DNA of 64,000 bases from Mesotaenium endlicherianum (GCA_009602735.1 WELA01001229.1:106820-170819), one strand, 5' to 3'; shown: positions 25,807 to 40,236, counted from the first letter of the stretch. Program-made: numbers and translations. Notes: generated by a model from the sequence alone, not told the origin.

Positions 25807-28800
25807 ATGAGAATGGACGCGGTTGCCATTATATGTCTCCTGCTTACGGTTCCTGGTTTTATCAAGTGTGATGATGTGGTTGCCAGCTCTGCAAGTGCCG
25901 AGGACTCAGTGGTTGTAGGTAAAGGGGAGCCCAGCATAGAGCAGGTCAACGATGCGCTTAGCCAATGGAAGGCGTATGGAGAAAAGTTATCAAGGGACTA
26001 CAATGATGTTGCCAGTGCTTATGAAGTCTTGAGGAAAGACCAAGCGATAGTAGCCTCTGATAAGATTGCCTTAGAAAGCTTCGTTAAGTCCCTCCAGACG
26101 GAGGTCGTTTCCTTACAGAGTGAAGTAGCATCGTCTAAGCTAAAAGTATCTGAACTAGGTGAGGCCACTTCCGCTCTCATGAATCTAACCTTGGACAAGA
26201 AGGGCATGCAAATGTGTCTTAATGAAAGCAGGTCGTGCCTCAGCCACTACCTGCCAATGTTCCCGGCAGATCGCTCGCTTATGCCTGCTGCTATTCGTGG
26301 GATACAATTTCACTGGAAGTTCAGATGCTGACTGCTGAATCATATGATGCGACGGCCGATAGTGGTTATTGGGGTCAATATGCTTTTCAATAGATTTTTT
26401 TTAGAGATCCAGTTAAGGCTTTAAGTTTGGTGTGGATGGAGTAATGTTGGCAGAGGGAGTAGTTTTGGAAAAGGCAGATGTTTTGAAAGGCCTGGAGAAA
26501 GAGTTAAGTTCAATCACGGTAATATTCTCTAACCACGTCCTCCATGTTACACTCCTGGAGGGCAAGTTCAGTAAATACTCGAAATTTTGGTGTTAGTCGT
26601 CAACGTGCACCTTATTCACTTCTCGTGGAGAGGGTTTATGGATCAGGAGGGGAGCACTGGGGGAGAGAAGGGGCTTCATGCCCAGCTCAAGGATGCCCTC
26701 TCTCAGGCTGCTCGCGCTTCTGCTCTTGTAAGTATCTTATGAATCAGATGTGTAGGGCGTTGTGGTGCCACGTGCATGAAAGTAGACATGCGTAGAGGTC
26801 CTTGCCATTTCAATATAATCGGCTTCTAATGCTGACCTGGTAGGTGGTGCAGGATAAGCAGCTAGCTGATGCGTTTGCTGAAGCTGCGCGACTTAAAGAA
26901 CAACTGAAAGCTGCAGATAAATATAAAGAGGATGTCGTGAAGGTGAGCTCTATATATTGTCGTGACCGTTGTGCCTCATCTTCCATCATACCTGCTCCGG
27001 CAGACGAATTTGCTGCACGTGTGTGCATAAATATCGAGGTGAAGTAGCAACGGGAACGGAGGGCATAGAATATTGTAGATTTTGGTGGCAGCGAATGCAC
27101 TGCAGTTGCTTTATAGATATGTATTCAATGCACTGCCGTCGGTAAGGCAGATGGTACGAATGACTTTGAAGAATGTTAGTGACAGCTATATGTCTCTGCA
27201 AGATGTTTGTGGGCTTAGCAGCTGGCAGCGGAGTTGGAGGTGATGAAGGCTAAGCTTCTCGATTCCGAGTATGCTCTCAGCTTTGCTAAGGTAATTGATT
27301 TGCTGCTGTGTATCTTGGATCCAGACTCTAGTCTTTATGGCGTAGGCAAATTTCGCACACCCTGCTTGGTGCTTCACATATATGCATGCTGATAGATTGT
27401 TTGTGCCTCTATTTTGAGGAGTTCCTGTATACAGAAGTCAGTCTTGAAGGCGGAGCAGGACTCAGCTGCGCACCAGAATGCCCTCCACACGGTGCTCTCA
27501 CGCTCCTGTCTCTCCGGCTATATAATGGCTATACTTTTCTACTTTACTACTTTGTCTGGGCTTTATTGCCCTTCCATGAGAACAACTGATTGAGGATTTT
27601 AGTTATCTGGTGTAGGTCATGGTCGGCCCTTAACATCGTTACTGATAGTAGGCAATTTGCTGCTTTGGCAACGGCAGACGTCGCAGCAGTGGTTGCCTCC
27701 ATGGCTTGCTATGGCCGTCGTCAAGCTGCAGGCAATCTCTTCTCCTTTCTCAAAGAAGTAGTGCATAATATGTTCAATAGTTTATATTTGTCCCAGGACT
27801 ATGCCACAAGCTTCTTCTTTATATTGAGTACGAGGTGTCGTTAATAGAACCAGCAGAGGAATTACGAGATGTACCTCTGTGGCTTGGATTGACGCTGTTT
27901 GGGGAGTGATGCAGGGTGATGCCAGTCACACATGGGCAAATTATGGGCAACCTGCTCTTGCTGATGTGCGCAGACAGGTGAGTCTCTGTTCTCACTAAAT
28001 GTGTAGCAGGTGGATATTGGAAGGAACACTCATTTTACCCGTAGTAAAGTTGCAACATTGCCACATCATATATGGTATGCCGGTCACTGTTGCGCAATGC
28101 CTACGCAATTCACTTGTCATAAATCTCACAAACAAGGTGGATTGGGGGGGGAGCAGGCAGGAGAGAGCTCGCAGGCTGCGCTCAAATGGGCTCAGCCACA
28201 CCTTGCCACTGTCGTATCTGTATGGCCTCCCTCCCCTCCACCACGCCTCTGTCCCTAAAAGGGCTCTTAAGATGTACCACGTCAGGCTCTGCACTGGTGG
28301 TTGCTTTATGTGTGCATAACAAGCGAGTAGAGGATGCTGCTAATTGCCTGTGCCTCCGGTTGCCTGCCGGTCATGCTCAGGCTACCAGAAGTGTGGCGGG
28401 CTCCGCAGTGCAAGTGTTGAAGCCCGCGACTGACTACGTGCGAGAACAGCACAAGGTACCTGATGTCATGGAGGATTGTGTTCTATCTTACTCGTGTATT
28501 TACACATACAGGGTATCAAGTTGGAATCTATTCTTGCGTGCTTGTGCAAGTGCAACACGGAGTGCCCTTCAACACACAGTCTCTTCACAGCTGCTTCTCC
28601 TACATTCTGGGCTTATGCTTGCTAGGCATGCACTTTTTAGAGAACCACCTTGATTTCAATGTAGAGGATTTAGATGTGTGCTTAGGTTAGAAAGCAGAGT
28701 TGTCTGCATGTTGGTCGTGCACACACGTGGTGTGCAGGTGGACTAGCAGCCTCCTCCTCCCCCTCCTTTTTCTGATGGTGCCTCAATGCCCCTGCGACTA

Positions 28801-30004
28801 TGCAGAAGCTGAGCCCAGAGGTGGAAAAGCAGTGGAAGGCCGCCCAGAGAGTGGTTCACCCGCACTTTGTCGCCACCCAGAATGCTGCAGCTTCTGGCAT
28901 CGAAAAAGCTCGCAATATGGCTGCACCCCATGTTGACAAAATGTCCCGTTTGGCTGAACCTTATTTAAAGGTAAGTGTCTTTCAATGGGCACATTAAAGT
29001 GTTGTCATTTTATGTCACTTCCAGCACTAGTAAGCTGCAGCTTTGTGATGCAAGTGCGGGAACTGTTGCAGGGGACTAGTAGTTGCACCCCTACTGCACT
29101 GCCCTTCATGTATGTAAGGACAATTGTGTTAAGACCGGAGTAAGTCAGTAGTCCACTGTGAGCAGGGAGCCAGTGGATTGAAGGTGAACAATTGCGATGG
29201 TGCAGGTGGTTAGGGAACATACACGGCCTTATGTGGAGAAGGTGGCTGATGTGGCTGCCCCCCATGTGGCCAGAGCACAGAAGCACGTGGCAGCTGCCAG
29301 GCAGTATTCCGAGGAGTACCACGTACAGCTGCAGGCAAGCGTCAAGGACGCGTTGCTCGCCTCTGGCTACAGCAAGCCCTCTGCGTCTCTCATTTGGTTC
29401 CTGGTCAGATTTTCTCCTTCTTACTGCTGCAAATGTGACATCCTCATTGTGGAAGTTACGGTTCGGAGAGTGACCAGAATCTCTGAAGTTTTTGAGGTGG
29501 CTCACTGATCTAGGATAGTTTGTTGAAGCAGCATGTTACGTTTCTGTCATGGAATTAATACTCCACATAGTATGCTGCAATGATGTGGCAGTGATGTCTA
29601 CATTGGAGCGATTAAAACATATCTTGAGTTGGAACCAGATAGTGGCAACTTAAGCCGCACACAACTGATTGGCCTCTTGCGGTTCGTTTGTGTGGTATTG
29701 TCTGCAGGCATTGGTAGCACTCCTGTTGCCCTTTGTAGTGGTATTTCTTATCAGTTGGCCATTGATGAGGTAAAGTTACTATCTGACCATGTCAACTTTG
29801 TGGTGTCCTTGAGAACTATTGCAGTTTCCAAAGGTAGTTGGTACTTGTGCTTGCAACACAATGGCGTTATAAGTGTGGGCCTTTGTTCTCATTCTCACGA
29901 TACTGTTGGGTTCTTTGGGTCGCAGAGGTGGAGACAGCTTACAGAAGCCAAAGCCTGTCTCATCAGCCCGTAGGAGAAAGCATCATGGACAGGCAAAGCA
30001 CTAG
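25807..30004 (+). CDS. Multi-exon gene: signal peptide, coiled coil, C-terminal TM helix and basic tail (plant myosin-heavy-chain-related coiled-coil membrane family)
   Basis: N-terminal hydrophobic MRMDAVAIICLLLTVPGFIKC. GT-AG exons encode QWLPPWLA, WANYGQPAL, HTRPYVEKVADVAAPHV, IWFL/ALVALLLPFVVVFLISW and a RRRKHHGQAKH* end. Family assignment is recalled from the WLPPWLA motif and architecture. Confidence 0.75.
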
Positions 30005-31422
30005 CCGTGTTTGGCTTTTCTGCCTAGATGTCTTCTTTAATCGTATCTCTGTAGTATGGCACAACAGTTATTAACTTCTGTATTTGATGAAGAAAAATAT
30101 ATCCACGTTACTGTCAACTTTTAAGTAACTACAGCCTGGAGAGGTTTATTGATGGAAGGATGTGTGACCCAGTATCATCCTCCATCTTACGTCCACTGTG
30201 GTGCCAAGACGAACTGTTTTTTTATCAGACCTAACTTGGTCAGGTTTACTTGCTAACGCCTTCAGTCCGAGGATAAAAAGGCCAGCTGGAAACGCAAGCC
30301 GAAGTCTCTGCCGCTTGAAGACACAACATTGCCTTCTGTGTGCAGCATAGCTGCAAGATGTTGAAAAAATCGACGAGTAGAAGACACATAAGCAGAGTGA
30401 CAAGTGCAGCTAGCTAATTGCACTAGTGAGACTGAACGCTTGGCAGAGTCCTCTCGTGGGCCCCATTGCCTTGTATCATATGTCAAGAGAGTCACCAGTC
30501 AATTAGTTGAATCCATTTACAACTTCCAGCCTTCTTGCCAGGGGAATCCTCCAAGTCACGTGTGATTGTAGAGAGATCTCCCTCTTTTTTGGCCCCTTGC
30601 AAGTGTTTCTGGGCTGACTCCCAAATCTATTTTAAGGCCTTGGAGTCGCAATGTCGTCAGGCCTCGTATTTACGACAGAAGCCATCGACAAGTTGATTAA
30701 GGGAGCTCTTTAAGCAAGCAAACTTCTTCATCAGTTACGCAGCTGAATGATAATTGATGCTTGTACACACATGATATTCACATTCAATAATTGTGCACAC
30801 TTAATAGAGCACAGATGACTGAAATGTGATATGAAATGTGTAGCACAATAGATATCCACATTTCAACAGACTGCATCCACCGCAAGTTGTAATCTGCATG
30901 TGAATATATTACTGTACTTGGTTAACTCCCAAAATATCCACCATCACCAAGGTTGCAGTTTGTCCAATTGAGTCGTTACCCAGGAAATGATGTTACTTCG
31001 CTTATGCTACTGCTTTCTCTGATTGTTTTTCATGCATGCAGGGGTCGCAGTGCATCTGCTGCCAAAAGCCATCCAGCTGAAAAAACAGTACGGTCAGCTA
31101 AGCAACAGGGGAGCAACTCTATGGTTTGAATAATAATGAAGGGTGCACAGCTTGAACACTACAACCCAGGACTAACGACTCCCTTGGTCCAGTCCCTATT
31201 GTGAACAACCTAGCTAACTACTGTTCTTGTCAATAACAAGAAGCTAAAAGCAGAAAGCATGCATGCAGAGGTCATAGCTATACTATCTCCCCAAGGTGAC
31301 TTCAAAAGAGCCTCATGTGTTCACCTGAATAGATACAAGCAGACGCTTGCTTGCTTGTCATCAAGCACACAGCTCCACAAGAAATAAATGTTGCTCATCA
31401 GGCAGGTGACTATTTCCTGCAG

Positions 31423-34400
31423 CTACTGCCACCAGGGAATGAATGCTCCAGGCCCACAATGGAAGTCACTCTCTGGCAGGGAAGAAATATTAGGTAACTG
31501 AAGCCTCCTTGGGGACGGCACAGGACCATAAGCAGAGGATGGATTCTGATAATTCAAGCTTGGGAGCCTCGGCACATTTTCTTTCTCATGGAGGCTTCGA
31601 GAGTCGTACATGGTGGATAGGCTTCGAGCACTCTCACCCTGCCCAAAACAAGGTCTAACCAAGCCGCCAACGTGGACAGGCGGAGCATCCCATAAACTGT
31701 AATTTCCGCTGGTAGGTAGACCAGCAGTATGAGGTTCACGTGCACGAAAAGTCCTGTGCACGTTGTTGGGCACCTCGGGTACACGAGCTGGACCATTGTA
31801 AAGGGTTGATCCAAGAGTGGAATCGAAACTCGAGGGAAAGAAGCCCTGAGTTTGATTGTTGCTACTTGCAGGGCAACGAGCATGGTATGGGAAGGTTGGA
31901 GAAGCTGCCTGCCTGTATGGAGAAAAGCTCACCCTGTATGGCAGGGATGAGAGAGGGGAACTAAAGCTGAAACCTTCCTGTGATGAATCTTTTGTGCTAC
32001 TGCCATCAGTACAGGCACATGCCTCCGAATCTGATACCCTGAGAGGGGAAAGAGATTCGGCAAGTGCAGAACCAGGGCTAAGACCTATTGTCGAGAGACT
32101 TGGTGCAAGTGAAGCGGGAGGACTCACGCATAGGCTACGCGTATTAGCTCCTTCACTGGCAGAGGGTGTTTCTGGAGCAAAAGAATCTGAGCTCCTTCTT
32201 TCATTGTTTTTTAGCCATTCGGCCTCATAGCCAGCAGTTAGCCTATTCCCCTCTTGGTTGTCACTCCCACCATCAGCCACTTTATCATAGCTCAAATCCC
32301 CCTGCTTATTCAGATGGCTGTCATGATCACCATAAATGGCTGCCGCATATGAACGGGTTCCGTCCACCAGAGCCGGTCTGAAAGACGTTCTAGCAGCAGC
32401 GGTGCGAACTGCAGGCAAAGAGGAGACACATTGTCAGCCACCTCAGGTACTGTGAGTGACCACAGGATGGTCTTTTAGAATGTACATTTATACTGTGTAG
32501 CACCACCTCTTCATTCTTCACACATCACATGAGGTAGTGTCAGCTTGGACCAATCCTACCTGAGCTATGTGTCAACGATTTGGTACACCACACAAACTAT
32601 TATGTAACTCCAACCACTACAGAGCGGCCTGTTACTCAGCAGTCTTTTCACAGCTATACATCATCAAAATGGCAAACAGAGCTGAATGCCCTCATACCTT
32701 ACGTGATTATAGTATAAATAGGAAAGCCATTACACACATACACTCTAGAGGACATTCACTGACATGACATAACTTGTCACAGCACCATACCTGGTGGAAG
32801 AAGAATCATATGAGTTGCAGGACCTCTGCCAACTGGAACAATCTTCATCCTGCAAATATCGCTCAAAGAGCGTACAAAATCACTAAGTTTTGGGTAGCCG
32901 ATGGCCACATGGTCCAATTCCAACCCGCAGGTGGCACGAAAATCCCCTTTTAATGACGACAGAGGGTACCACTCGCCTTCCTTAAGGCGAGTGGAAACTG
33001 AGAGAAGGAAATTTGGAAGCCACTGGCGAAGTTTCTTGAGCCAAGCGGGTGCTTGGCCAGGGGAAAACGTGCTGAGAGCAGGAAGAGGTGCTCGAGGCTG
33101 GTCCCTAAAGAGCTCATCAGGAAAATCAGGTGACATTTCAGTGAACTTTTTGTTCACTCCTAGCATGCCAAATGATAGTGAGCTATCCAGCAGGTCCTTC
33201 GAAGGTGAATCAGGGGAGGAACTGGAGGTGAGCTCTTCCGTGGTAGTGACAATGTTCTCCTTCGGAGGAGTCACAGGTTTGGAAGAGCTGCCCTGAAAGG
33301 GTGACCCTCCAGAACTCTCTGCACCAAGCAACACAGTGCGTGGTACAGCACTTTTTATTTCAACCTGCAAGACACAGCGCAAACATGTAAATTTAAAACA
33401 GACCCAGCAACCTTCATCCACAAAAGGTACTCCCATCAAACCTCAGCAACCGACCTTCCAATTCCAACTATTATCTGCTCCAAAAATTATGATGACTTTA
33501 TGTGAACGGAAAAGTAGTGCAGCAAAGTTTCGAGCGCAATCAGGCCACTAGAGATGATTTCTAAGATTGAAGCCCAAACCTTGGCTAGTGCAGATTCCCA
33601 ATGAGCTTAAGAGACAAGAGACCTGCTGCTTTTAATAAGTGATTTTCATAGGCAATAGACAAGAGTTTGTACCTTCTTCCCTAGTATGACAACGAAGTGC
33701 TCTTTGACTGCTGCAGTCACGGATTCCTCATATTTAAATGTGACAAAGCCAAAGCCTCGAGACTGCACGTGGTCCCCAGACTGGCTTCCAATGACAACAG
33801 CATCTGATACTGGCCCAAAATTCTCCTCAAAAAAATCTTGAAGATCATCTGAACACAGACCAAGTACTCAAAGCTTAGTACATCGAACTAATAACACATG
33901 CTCAACTGCTCAATAGAATTTCAGCGCTACTTGATTGATATTCCTTACCTGAGTCTACAGCAGGTGAAAGGCCACCGATGAAGATTTTTTTGCCGAGATC
34001 CTCAGTCCCACGCTACAAGATGGAGAACGGGCACAAGGAGATTAGATACTGTCAGACAACACAAAACCAGTACTCCAATTGACCCACGTATACAAACGAC
34101 AACACCAAACAAGCGGCATGGCAGCAAAGTCTTTACCTTTGGATAGTCCCCTCCGATTTTCTGCTCATGTGAATATGACCTCGGTCGGACCAGCTCTTTC
34201 TCTCCATGAGCAAAGAAGCACGCATCACCTCTTACACACCTGCCAACCAAGCTCTCAGAATGTGGTAATGCGAGTTTATAGTGAAAACGTTCTATTTGTT
34301 TCCCCAACAATGATCATAACGCCAACATTTCCAGCTTATGTTGTGCCAAAAACAAGGAGGCTATGTAGGAATGTACCCGCCAGCCATCCCATAATAACGG

Positions 34401-36398
34401 CAGAGTTCCGTCTTAGCTGGTGCTGAAGTCTTCTGCTGAGATATGCCCATGCCTTGGAGTGCACTGCATACAATTTGAACATCTTACAATCTCAAAGTGG
34501 GCTTTTCCGTACATCATGATAAAAGAACACAATGCCTCACAGCTTCCTGCTACAGATTTGACACCAGAAAAAGCGAGAATACTGCAAATAAGTGCTGCAA
34601 AGGTGAAACTTGCCAAATTAGGTGCAAGTGAGATGTGTATAGGTAGTGGTGAAAAAAGGGAGCTCACATATCGGAGCTACAAGCACTTTCCACCTTCCTT
34701 CTCCTCAACTTTATTTCGTTGGCAAAGATGTCCTCTTGAGCTTCAGCAAGACTATGGTTCTGCCTGCGGTCCGGTAAGCTGGGGCAAAGGAGATCTTTGC
34801 TAGCTCCTGTGTAGTACATAATTTGTCAACACTGTAAGTAAAAATCGTGACTCAAAAGACTTCGACATTTAATCAGTTTGCTCCTCCTAAAAAACCATTG
34901 CCACATCACATAGGTGAAAGAGACTAACCAGTTCCAGAGTAATCTTCCAGCACATCTTTCATGTCAAGGGTCACTGCAAAATCAATGGGTCGTTGCTTCC
35001 TGGCCAACCACAGGCAATAGGGGAGCATGAGGCATTTGCGTAACATTTGCAGGAGGCCACTAATCACATATGAAGGCCCAAAGATGACTGAATTGTGATA
35101 ATTTTACTCCTACTGACAATATTCAGACTGTCAGCTGATACGCAGCCCTTGCCATACCTGAGATTTGCAACATTCCGATCGGCACCATTCGATAAGAGGA
35201 CTCGGACACAATCAACATGATTGCTTTTTACAGCACAAAAGATTGGCGTCTCTTTTATGACTGTCATTGCATGCACTGCTGAAGGTTCGCAAGAAAGTAG
35301 AACCTGCACGTCAAAACGGCAGTGACGGAGAACTGTTACATATTTTCAGATATATTGCACTCTGCTACGAAAAACGTCAACAATTGAAATTATCTGCAAA
35401 TGACATGCCTTCAGAAGAAAACCGGGCGAGCAATTTTAGTACCTTCAACGCATCTAAATGACCCTGACCAGCCGCAATATGCACTGGCGTTAGACCCAAC
35501 TTGTTGCCTGCAGACACAGAGGCTCCTTCCTGGACAAGTCTCCACACCATCCTGCATACTCAACACATATGTATTCAAGGATCAGATTAGGAAGGTGAAA
35601 CCGCAACAGGTGCCTCGTGCAAGTGTATGATAAAGCACGACACCAAGTCAACAATCAATCACCCTTAATATGCATAAGGATTCACACATGTCTGCATATG
35701 ATAAAACTCACTGTTTGCTGCAAGACTATACAACTAAATACAAATTGCCGCTTTCCTAAACGCGGGTGCATTACCGAGCACTTGTTTCCGTGTCAGATGA
35801 TCGTAAGCACCAGTGAAGAACCGTATTGCCATCTGCATCTCTCTCCTTCACAGATGCTCCAGAGTTAACTAGCATACCAACAAGGGCATCGTACTCTTTA
35901 GGCTGCACCTGCGAACAAATGAACATGTTTCAAAAAGGGCCAGTCCAGCAACATACATGCATTCAAGCCGTGGAAGCCAGCTCCATTGGGCATATGCACA
36001 TTGATTGCTGGAAAGAGCTACGGTCATAGCAGCAAGCTCCAAAAACTGCAGATCAAGGATAATCATGACCGTCAACAGTTAAGCTAAGATCTCTTATTAA
36101 GCATTGAAGGTCGCACATCACGTGGCAAAGGACATGTTTGCAGCAGCTACAGCGATGATCAACATACCATAGTTTACAAGTAGACACGTTTTTGAAGACG
36201 GGACAATTCTCTCTTATCAGATTGCCTCACGGCTATAAACTTCAGCTCCCTAAACTGGTCACGAGTGTTTGCTAGAGCTTCCAGCCCCTTGTCCGAGGTG
36301 CAGACGCCAAAATATATTTGCCCTGACGAGGAAGCAGCCGCATTTTCGAAACCACTATCCTTCTTTCTCCGGAGGGCAGGTTTGACGCAGTAACCCAT
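31423..36398 (-). CDS. Multi-exon RNA-binding protein: ankyrin repeats, CCCH zinc finger, RRM, LOTUS/OST-HTH and Ser/Pro-rich tail
   Basis: Exons encode DADGNTVLHW, GLTPVHIAAGQGH and ETPIFCAVKSNHVDCVRVLL (ankyrin); KTELCRYYGMAGG|CVRGDACFFAH (C-x8-C-x5-C-x3-H); KIFIGGL and RGFGFVTF (RRM RNP2/RNP1); YPLSSLKGDFRATCGLELDHVAIGYPKLSDFVRSL (LOTUS-like). The start codon is tentative. Confidence 0.82.
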
Positions 36399-36996
36399 CA
36401 ATTGGGTCACTTTTATGGGGCCTGGCTGGTCTGTGAGTTGGCCAAGAGAGCGCTAACTCATGATGCTGACTCTCTTAATTATGTGCGATGAGATGTCAAA
36501 GCCACGTGTGAGTAAGAGGGAAAGTTCAATTTTATGTGCCCACGAGATTGTTTTCCAGCAACACGATAAATAGCATCTAAAGGAAGACACGAAGAAAGGG
36601 CTACTACGATTGTGGAGAGTTGCGTGCTTTAAAAAATATGACTGCATGCGCATGCACACATGTAAAGACAAACCATATCTGTAACGTATCCTGCAGAGTG
36701 GGTGGGCAACATCTGGGATACGGTCTGTACTCGGTTGTCCAAATCAAGTCATGCTTGCGACCTTTTAATTCTTAAATACGTACTTGGCACGTCTGGTGAA
36801 GGACTTCATAATCAAGCTAATTAGGCGCCAGCATTTTTAAAGTATTTAGTACACGTCAGAGGTACCACCGCGCTTAGTGCCTGGGACCATGATATGAACC
36901 GAAAGTCGCCCTTTTTATTTGCGAGCACCATTAGCTCTGCTACGACAATCTCGAAAGTCGCGAGGTGCATATAACATGGCATCACAACTCACAGTG

Positions 36997-38038
36997 GGGA
37001 GAATACAAAACTACCCCTCCCAACTTTCATAATTACAAAATCTACCCCTGTTTTCAAGTTAATTACAAAACTACCCCTCGCGCATGTGAACGGCGTCCAC
37101 GTAGACCTTACACGACGTGCCACACGAATTCGCACGAAACGCCACCTGACACTCCCTTTTCTTTTTCGTTTGCAACTGGTTTCCAAAATCTGCCATAACC
37201 ACACTTTTAACTGACCCACCATCACGTCCACACTGCCCACAGACGCCAAATTTTGGGCGCACTCTCTTTCCGCTACCTCGCTCTCTGCCTTTATTAAACT
37301 CTTTTGTCGTCATGGTACACAAACAAGGAAATAAAATGCCTCTCCTTGTATACACAGTGCTTACTAAATATAGCAGAAAAAGGATGCAAACCCAAGGCCT
37401 AACACATTGCTCCAACAAGATACTTCTTATGCTGAATATATGTAGGTGGATGGAGGTAAGGGGGTGAACTTGCATACTACCTCTGCATTCTTTCTCCACC
37501 CAGACACGAGTGTAACTAATGTCCTTCAGTTCCCATGGATGCGCACTTAGAAACGGCGCGGCATGCTTAGAAAGAGGAAGAAATAGCCAGAAGCATCCTC
37601 AACAGCAATGTGCCATTAGATACTAACCCCTTTGCTAGGCCTCTACACTTAGCTTGTTGTGACTCCGTTGCTATGCGAAATAGCAGGGAATGAGATGAAT
37701 ATAGTCTGTGAACATACAGGATTTAGAAAATGAAGACGCAAGAAATAGGTGAAAAAAATAAGAAGGACAAAAATTTGGTGTCTGTGGGCACTTTGTTTCG
37801 TGATGGTGGGTCAGTTAAAAGTGTGGTTATGGCAGATTTTGGAAACCAATTGCAAACGAAAGAGAAAAGGGAGTGTCAGGTGGGGTTTCATGCGAATTCG
37901 TGTGGCACGTCATTTGTTCGTGTAAGGTCTACGTGGACGCCATTTACATGCGCGCGAGGGGTAGTTTTGTAATTAGTTTGAAACAGGGTTAGATTTTGTA
38001 ATTATGAAAGTTGGGAGGGGTAGTTTTGAAATTCTCCC
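36997..38038. mobile_element. Non-autonomous Mutator-like (MULE) DNA transposon
   Basis: ~260-bp terminal inverted repeats (GGGAGAATACAAAACTACCCC... / ...GGGGTAGTTTTGAAATTCTCCC) and a 9-bp TSD, CTCACAGTG (36988-36996) / CTCACAATG (38039-38047). No transposase. Confidence 0.87.
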
Positions 38039-38795
38039 CTCACAATGCCTACACATTAGTGTCACGGCAGTAAATAAATGACGGTCTTGCACGCATGGGG
38101 GAAGTCACAGCGAGCCAAGTACGATGCAACGACCGTTGACCACAATTGACCATAACAGACCAAGCCAGGATGACCTGTCAAGGTTAGCACAGGATTAAGG
38201 TTCGCGTTTTTCCACACGTGCAGAGTGACGATTACACTCTAAGCAACCCCAACACCTAGGGTTGGGTAGGGAAACGCGAGCAAAATAAGTCGTGAGGTCG
38301 CTTACAGCAAGGCTAGGGATAATGAATCATTTCATTAGATGTATGAGTTCAGTTAAATGTAACAGTTAATGAGGTTGTCATGACTCATTAGGTCGGGACC
38401 GTCGCCCAAGCCGAGCCACACGTGTGTCGACCATCGACCTAGAAGGGCCGACTTTGACTTTGCTTTACGCATTCATATGTTGACCTTTGCTAGCATTCCA
38501 ATCGCTAAAGTGTGGAGCGTCGCGTCACCTTTCAATGGCACCGGTTTTGCGCCATTTGGTCAAGTGGCGAGTGAGATGTTCGCAACTAGTCCGCGCCACC
38601 TACCGGCCCCTAGCGGAATTTCACCAAGGGCCACTTTATGACTCAATGTGCCCAAAGGTCACATTGTTGGCTCTTCGCGACTCCAAGGACCTACAGCCAT
38701 TAGCGTACAAATCCGCGAGCTTGATGAAGTACACTTAGCATGCATTAGCATAGCATATGAGCACCATTTGAGCCATAACTTGGTAACTGCATCAC

Positions 38796-39517
38796 TGAAA
38801 TGAATCGACTTACCAAATAGGCGATTAACAATTAATAAAGATCTTTATATCAGCAAGTAATCTTTATGGTACTTTCCGTTAACTGTTTTAACGGCAAAAG
38901 GACAGCGCACTAGCAGTGAATAATACTCGTCAGTCAAATGAGAGTAAACTAGCATCAATAATGCAAATCAGTAAACTCATACATAAGCAAGGTTAGAAGA
39001 CAGTGCGTATCAATGGCTTCTCGCCTTGGATTCAGATCTCTCTCAGTAAGCTGTACAAGAGAGTTGGCCTCGTTTCCGAATGCCGAACTCGAGAGCAATG
39101 CCTAGCATATGTACATGGAATGAGTTTACTGTTCAACGGTCAGTGCGATGGCACCGCCTACCCGGGAGTTAACCACGTTGGTAGGACCTCGGTTAACCAA
39201 ATCCACCGCCATCTCCCATCATCCCGAATAGCCATCCATCATAGGGATGTCATCTGGCTATTCATCTAGCATATCGCACTTAGATGCATATCAAGGCAGT
39301 TCGCTGCTACCGAGTACGGAAGTCAGCTTGCTGTCAAAGAATGTGTCAGCAAGCTGACTTATATGGACTTTCAGCCTGCTGCTTTCGACTGAGTCATTAA
39401 ACCGATAATTATGTAAAGTCCAGCAGACTGACTATTAACTAAAGTTCAGCAGGCTGAACATAATTAACTATTATATTTAAGTGAATATTATATCCACTAA
39501 TATACTGATTCATTACA
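38796..39517 (-). repeat. A3 3' LTR
   Basis: Near-identical to 53559-54274. Confidence 0.95.
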
Positions 39518-39630
39518 ATCCCTCCAACTTAACTTGTTGTCGCCTCCACAACATTAAACTGCAGAAATTTTAAATAAGGGAATTGAATCCGACCAGCCTC
39601 CCTTACTGACTGCCTCTTCAGCGTGTCACC

Positions 39631-39728
39631 TTAAGGGGTTGTTCCTGGGGCTTCAGGGTCAGGAGACGGAGATCTGGACCTAGATCTGGACAGCCCTCTA
39701 GGTCTGTCAACTGGCCTTCTAAAGAACC
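39631..39728 (-). pseudogene. Displaced C-terminus of A3 ORF3
   Basis: After removing B2 and one TSD copy, the frame continues LEQT|GFFRRPVDRPRGLSRSRSRSPSPDPEAPGTTP*, matching the ends of the other ORF3 copies. Confidence 0.85.
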
Positions 39729-39733
39729 CTGTT

Positions 39734-40236
39734 TGTAGTGAAACAGATAGATAAAGTACTTAGTAAAACAGAATACTTTATCTATTCAAGACAAGGATCT
39801 TTGAACACAAGTGGTAGCTTCTTGAAAGAGAGATGGCTTCTTGAAAGTTAATATATTTCTGGATTTTGGCAAGTACAAGAGTGATTCTGGAATGTCTTTC
39901 TATGTTCTAGCTCTTGTTTATATACTTGCTACATAAGTAATTTCTAGGAAGGTGTATGTTGATGTGTTGGCACCCAACACATCCCAAAACTTGCCACCTC
40001 TTTCTAGAATAATGTACACATGTCCTTTTGACCTAAAAATGGCACATCTGACTTTTGCCACATGGAGTTCTTCTAGGTCTTTCCTCTAACTTCGAAAATG
40101 CCTTGGAAGGTTCAAAGGACATGAACCAAGTTACTAGAGTACCTATTCACACTTGACTCCACACAATACTACTCCAAATATATTTGAAAACATTAAAATA
40201 TATGCAAACTAATATATAATAACTCAAATCACTACA
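39734..40236 (-). repeat. B2 3' LTR
   Basis: Near-identical to 45911-46414. Confidence 0.95.

Noticed and set aside
37010..37030. CCCCTCCAACTT in the MULE TIR, matching the family A PPT
   Set aside because: A 12-bp match only, within a typical TIR; probably chance.
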